Shown here piece after piece: positions 57,379 to 64,000 of a stretch of DNA of 64,000 bases (positions within the stretch are counted from its first letter, which is position 1; every line of letters starts with the position of its first letter). The notes beneath the pieces were generated by a model. The model ran no database searches. It saw only the letters and a list, made by a program, of their open reading frames with translations, and was not told where the DNA came from. The translations under genes and the position numbers were made by a program. The stretch is taken from assembly GCF_009914755.1 (NCBI RefSeq), contig NC_060926.1, one strand, 5' to 3'. This DNA is from the human T2T-CHM13v2.0 reference genome, Homo sapiens.

Positions 57379-57409
57379 TTTGTTAAAAGAATCAGATTCT
57401 TTTAACAAA
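57379..57409. repeat. Perfect 31-bp palindrome
   Basis: TTTGTTAAAAGAATC-A-GATTCTTTTAACAAA. Confidence 0.95.
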
Positions 57410-57604
57410 ATAGTGTAAGGTTATATATTACATTAGATAGTGGGATTATATTATCTTTGTCAATTTTTATTTAAAACTTTAAAAGTGATTTTAGGGCATC
57501 TTCTTTTCTGATACAAATCAAATTAATTATATCTAGAATTCTATTTCTAATCAAAGGAAGCTTCTCAGAAAAACTAAAACTGCTCACCTTGCCTTATGAC
57601 CTCA

Positions 57605-58060
57605 TTCTAGTCAGGATAGCCTGATGGTTGTAACAAAAAGTCTAAATTCACCACGGGATAACACAACATGGCAAAGTTTTGTTACTCCTTGATGTAGTCC
57701 AATTATAATAGAATGCGGGGAGGGGTGCTTCCCTTCTCTGTCATTTAGGGACCCACATTCTTTCCACCCAGTGGTCTATCCCACCCTGTCTCCCGAAGAC
57801 TCAGTGTTCTTGGCGGGATCCTTTCTATCCTGACAGTGAGGATAGACAACAAGGAAATAGCATGGTGGACTGGTAAGAGTTTTTAGATGCCAGGCCTAGA
57901 AATAGCACCTTTCATTTCTGTATATGCAGATACCTATCTGCTTGGCTAGAATTCAGCTATGTGGCTCTATCTAACGGCAGGAGTAGCCCAGAAAGGTGGT
58001 TTAGTTGGGTGCCAAAAAGAGGTGAATACAGATATGTCTGAGTCTTAGCAATCTGCCACA
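57605..58060 (-). mobile_element. Old MaLR/ERVL LTR (MLT1K/L-like)
   Basis: tagtcaggatag start, ccaggcctagaaatagcac, ttggctagaattcag, ends ctgccaca. Confidence 0.6.
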
Positions 58061-58300
58061 GACCCTATTAAATTAGAAACCAGAAACACAGTGGTGGACC
58101 TCTCCCCATTCTGCTATTTTCTCTTAATGATACTGCTTCCTCCACCTCTGTTCTCTTCTGCTATTTATCAAATTATATAAACTGTGAAATGGGAAGGAAT
58201 TGCACACTAACCTAAAACAAAGAAAATAAAATTATTTTTATTTAGGAAAATATAACATATATTGGTCTCTTAACATTTGCTTTGAAGATTAATCTCAGTA

Positions 58301-58899
58301 CAGCAGGTCCTTGAATAACATTTTGTTCAACATTATTTCGTTATAATGTTGATGAGAAAAAAAAAAATGGATTCCTATCCGGGACCACTGTCTGTGTGGA
58401 GTTGCATGTTCTCCCCTTGCCTGTGAGGGTTTTCTCCAGGTGCTTGTTTCCTCCACATCTGAAAGCTGTGCACATGTGGAGAATGGATGTGTCTAAGTGG
58501 TCCTGATGTGAGCGAGTGTGGGTGTGTATGTGAGTGCGCCCTGCCGTGGGATGGCATCCTGGCCAGTGCTGGTTCCTGCCACGCCCCCTGAGCTGCTGTG
58601 ATGGGCCCTGGCCATCTGTGACTCTGAACTGGAATAAGCAGATAAATCATTATCTTACTTGTTTTTATTTTTTCTTAAATGTTTGTAGAACTCACATTTC
58701 TTTCCATGTTTAATATTAGAAGTGTTTTGGGGATTTATTTAGAAGTTAGCTGATGTTTTGTGACCAGAAATATGCTGTAGGAACTTAACTCTTGTTTTTT
58801 ATCAATTAGCCTGTGGTAAAGTTGGTTTCATTATATATCATTTTACTTGAAGTTGATGTTTCCAAGAACCTATCCATAAAGTTATGTGAGGACTTACTG
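58301..58899 (+). mobile_element. MER6A (TcMar-Tigger), full length
   Basis: TA target duplications at 58299-58300 and 58900-58901; TIRs cagcaggtccttgaataac / gttatgtgaggacttactg; internal gtgtggagttgcatgttctcccc block. Confidence 0.88.
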
Positions 58900-59044
58900 T
58901 ATTTAGCTTGTGTTTCCCTGTATCACAGGCTGACATCTATTAAAAATAAGCTCCAGCGTACCATGCAGCCTTGTGGAATTCTGAGAAGGACATTCTGGTA
59001 TAAAGTTCTATTGTGTTCCTTAGTGAAAATAGACCTGGAATTAA

Positions 59045-59220
59045 AATTGATTGAACAGCTACTATGTAGGTACCCTGGTAAGCCCTTTACAAATATTTAT
59101 CTTATTTACTCCTCAAAACAACTTCACAACTCTGTGATTTGGGGATTATCCCTTATGTGGAAGGAGAGGAAACTGCTTTGACTAAAATACAGATCTCTTT
59201 GGCTATAAAACCTGTGCACT
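59045..59220 (-). mobile_element. MIR
   Basis: attgaacagctactatg...atcttatttactcctcaaaacaac...gaggaaactg. Confidence 0.65.
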
Positions 59221-61459
59221 TGCCACAACAAGGGTGTTCATTGAATGATCCTCTCCTCCCCACCCTCCATCTCCAGGTTTCTTCAGTGGTTTAAGGCCCT
59301 ATGCAAAGTCCGTATTTGACAATGTAGACTGAAGTAATTGGTTACCAAAACCATCAAATCTACTAAGTATAGACAGGCTGAGCCTGTAGTCAAACCAGTG
59401 TACTCAAACCAGGGATTAGAAAAACAGCTGAAAAACAGATTGGGAAGTCCTATAAACATAGAAAAAGATCACAGATATTCTGCTTATTTTTAACTAATTA
59501 CCTTAAAAGATAATTAAGAAAAATGAAGTTAGTGCTGTTTTCCTAAATATTGGGCTCTTTTTCCAATTGATTTTTTTCTTCTCTTTTCTTCTCTTTCTCT
59601 CTGACTTATGTTCTCTATCACTGCTGACAAAAGAAACAAAAAGAAAAAAGGAAATAATGGAAAAGATTACTTTTTCCTTTCTCATGGACTCCAAATAAAA
59701 TGGACATGGTATTAACTCCTATAATGATTTGCTCTTTGCTTCCATCTGCATATCTGATCTAATTATACTAATAAAAGAAGAAGGCAAAGGGAGATATTAT
59801 ACTAACAAGTGAAGTTTTTAACTTGCACAAGAAACATTTATTCCCTCTGCTCTCCACTCCCCTTTAAACAGCTATTTTGCATCCCTTGATGCACAGCAGG
59901 GGGAGTGGCATTTGCCACCCCATGGCAAAATGGATCTGCATGCCTCTGTACATAAAACTGGTCCATGTGTGATTTAGCTTTGCGTTGTATTGTGTTTTTT
60001 ATACTAATATAATATTGTTCTAGTGCTTGCCCCTGATTAAAGAAATACATAAATAAATAATTTATAATTTAATTAATAAGGTATAATATGCAAAGCACAG
60101 TAATTTCAAACAGCTTGTAATGTCTCTAATGTACTTTCAATTTTTTATTTTACATAAGGGCTATATTCATTATGTGGTTATGATAAACATACTAATGAAT
60201 TTTATTACAGGAACAAATTTAAACATGTAAATGAGATCAAATAGTATTAAAATGCAAACGATGGTGAAACTTATTACAAACTAACCTTGCCAACACACAT
60301 GGAATGATGTTATTTTAAAACTTTGCAAGTTGTATCCCTTAAACAAAGACAATGCCTTTTACAATGTCCCTGAACATAAGAATTTGTGAACTGCATGCTT
60401 TATTCTCATATGAACTCCCCAACCAAAAAAAAAAAAAAAAGTTAACTAGAATCCAGGGTTTGCATGTAACTTTGGATGACAATTAAAATCCCTTTTCTTG
60501 TTCCAGTGAACAGTAATCTATGCATAATTACATTCAAATGAGATATTAGCATTTTTTGTGCTTACTCTTTGTTAATTGCAGAGTTCACTCACCATGGTGA
60601 TGCTTTTGATGGAATCAGGCAACCTTATTGACCTGATGCCGTAAGGCGTGTTGGGAAATTCTGCTGTATTCTTCATTTTTTTTTTTATTTTGGCATTTTG
60701 AGGAGTCCTGCTGCTTTTATTACATTCCTGACACTTTTGTTAATAAATCATTGCAAAGTTAATGAAAATTGCATTGAGGCATATCCAAAATAATTGTGTC
60801 CTTTGTCATGCTAATAAATTGAAAGATGTTGATCCAATGGGCGAATGCATGCCCATTATGGAGAAGTTTGTGATATGGTTGCCTGTTGCATTTACACTTT
60901 TTCCTTGGCATATCATTCCATGTAAAATGTGAAAGAGGAAAACCTCAATATGTTTTATTTCATATTTTATGCAATGAGCCTTTAATTAAGTCAGCAAATC
61001 GGCAAATTATATCTACATGGAAAGATAGAAGTATTTGTATTATGATTTATGAAAGGTTGTTAATATCAATAGGCATCAGCAACAGTCTAATGTCAGACTC
61101 ATGAAAACATAAAAACCATGTTTAACTGACCTTTCTCTTATGCCTAGGAATTTTGCGCCACATTTATATATGACCCACTTGATTTAAAAATCACAGTAAT
61201 AACCGACCATTCATTTCCCAAGGCTCCTCCTATACTAATTTAGGAAGAAAGTGAAGAAATGTGACTTTTATTTAAAAAAATGGTCTTTTTGGCAAAGCAT
61301 TAGGTCTTTTCATTCACTAAGCCTTAAGTGTGTAAGGGTGCAAGTGAGTGTGTTTGAGGGACGAAAACATAGTCACACTCATACACACTGTGAAGCAGGT
61401 TTGACTGTTCTAGGTGAGGAAGAATATTCAGTTCAGAAAAATTTAAACTCATATTAGAT

Positions 61460-61462
<3 letters not shown>

Positions 61463-61498
<36 letters not shown>
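61463..61498. repeat. (AT)18 microsatellite
   Basis: Direct reading. Confidence 0.95.
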
Positions 61499-61510
<12 letters not shown>

Positions 61511-62682
61511 GTGTTTTTTTTAATTTATCTCAAGGAAGAACTCCAAGTAATTGTTGTCTTGGGGAGTTCTTAATTTATGCACTAGACCATCATGCTGATT
61601 TTAGGTAGGTATTTATTCTGCTATTCAATCAAAAAGCATAGTTTCCATAACAACTGCCACATCAGATGAAACGTACAGCTTGGCATTTGAAATACAGGAC
61701 TTCTTAGGAGATATGCTTCCTGACATATTGTGTTGAACTTGTGTTCCTTTCATTCTCTTTTAAGCTAGCAAGATCTGTGTTTCTATAAAGGACCATCGCA
61801 GTTTTGCATAATTATTACAATCCATCTGCACATTTCCAGGATTTATATTAAAGTAATTAAAGCCATTTTGTATTAGTGGGTGCTGTGTGGAAGCGGCTTG
61901 GATGCAGGATTCTAAAAGTTCCCACTTGCCTGCTTGCTGTGCTGTAATTTGGAGAACAGAATGTTCCGTAAATGAGGTTTGGGAATACTACATTTTTTTT
62001 CTTTCTTTTCTTTGCAAAGTTACTTTTTTTCCTCCAGTGGAAAATGGAATAAAAGGTTCACCTAGGGACTGGAATTAATGTAGTCCTTCTGCCTAGGGTT
62101 AAAAAAGAGCAAAATCACAGCTAGCAACATTGTGCAAACCCTAATATATTTAGCTTTTTCTATGAAGAAATAATAAGCCTGTGTTTCTAAGGCAACTTTC
62201 TTCCAAGGAGCAGCAAGCAATTTAATTTATATTCTCATTTTCCCCAGCTGTATTTGTTCAAGATAAATGAGGGCTAATATTATTAACCCCATTTTGTGGA
62301 TGGGATGATTGAGGCAGACAGATAATGTTGTAGAGAGCAGATAATAAGGAAGATAATGTTGTACTGGGCAGTGCGGAGACGCACCTCGGCAGGAGTAATA
62401 ACTAATACCTATTATATCAGACCCACTGAAAGAACTGAAAGTGCGATACTGCATTTGCTGAGAAAAATCGTGTAAGTTCCATATACTTTCAAATGGCTAG
62501 TTTGGGATAGACTTACCACTTCTGGCTTAGGCATGAATCCTTGGCATCTCTGTTGAGGTTTGCAAGGCTGTTTGATTCTTAGCATTCAGGATCTGCTTCA
62601 CAGGAATCTGCGATTCTTCTGGGTAGGCCACAGGAAAGCTCCGAGGAGACCATAGTATCCAATTAAGAAGGCAGCATTCTTT

Positions 62683-62973
62683 TATATATATATATAAAAT
62701 ATATATATAATATATAATATATATAATATATAATATATAAAAATATATAATGTATATAATATATATAAAATATATAATGTATATAATATATAATATATAT
62801 AAAATATAATATATATAATATATAATATAAAAATATATAATATATAAAATATATATAATATATAATATATTATATAATATATAATATATAATATATAATT
62901 AATATATATAATATATATAATATATAATATATATAATATATAATATATGAATATAATATATATAATATATATA
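62683..62973. repeat. ~290-bp interrupted (TA)n/TATAA tract at the L1 tail
   Basis: Almost pure A/T; abuts the L1 3' end. Confidence 0.95.

Positions 62974-64000
<1,027 letters not shown>

Overview
This is human (primate) non-coding DNA. It is AT-rich and I found no recognisable protein-coding exon, RNA gene, CRISPR or prokaryotic-type feature. All long ORFs in the track trace to Alu, L1, LTR, MER6 or microsatellite sequence, or look like chance ORFs. The window holds about 23 Alu copies, including one young AluYg6-type element that points to human. It also holds 6 L1 fragments, several L2 and MIR relics, solo LTRs (THE1 x2, MER34-family x2, MSTB, MLT1-like) and DNA transposons (MER58B x2, MER63, MER5A1, MER6A, a MADE1/Hsmar1 end). 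Several kb-long repeat-poor stretches carry developmental transcription-factor motif clusters. The strand bias of L1s and Alus suggests an intron of a long + strand gene, which I cannot name from sequence. I do not see a demonstrably new biological system. The best leads are: (1) an exact 29-bp templated insertion copied from 3.8 kb away into an LTR; (2) a pre-miRNA-sized hairpin with a perfect 16-bp stem in otherwise unique sequence; (3) a recursive-splice-site-like YAG|GTAAGT junction; (4) MEIS/homeodomain and ETS/CCAAT motif clusters. Repeat family names come from recalled consensus sequences, and boundaries of old elements are approximate.
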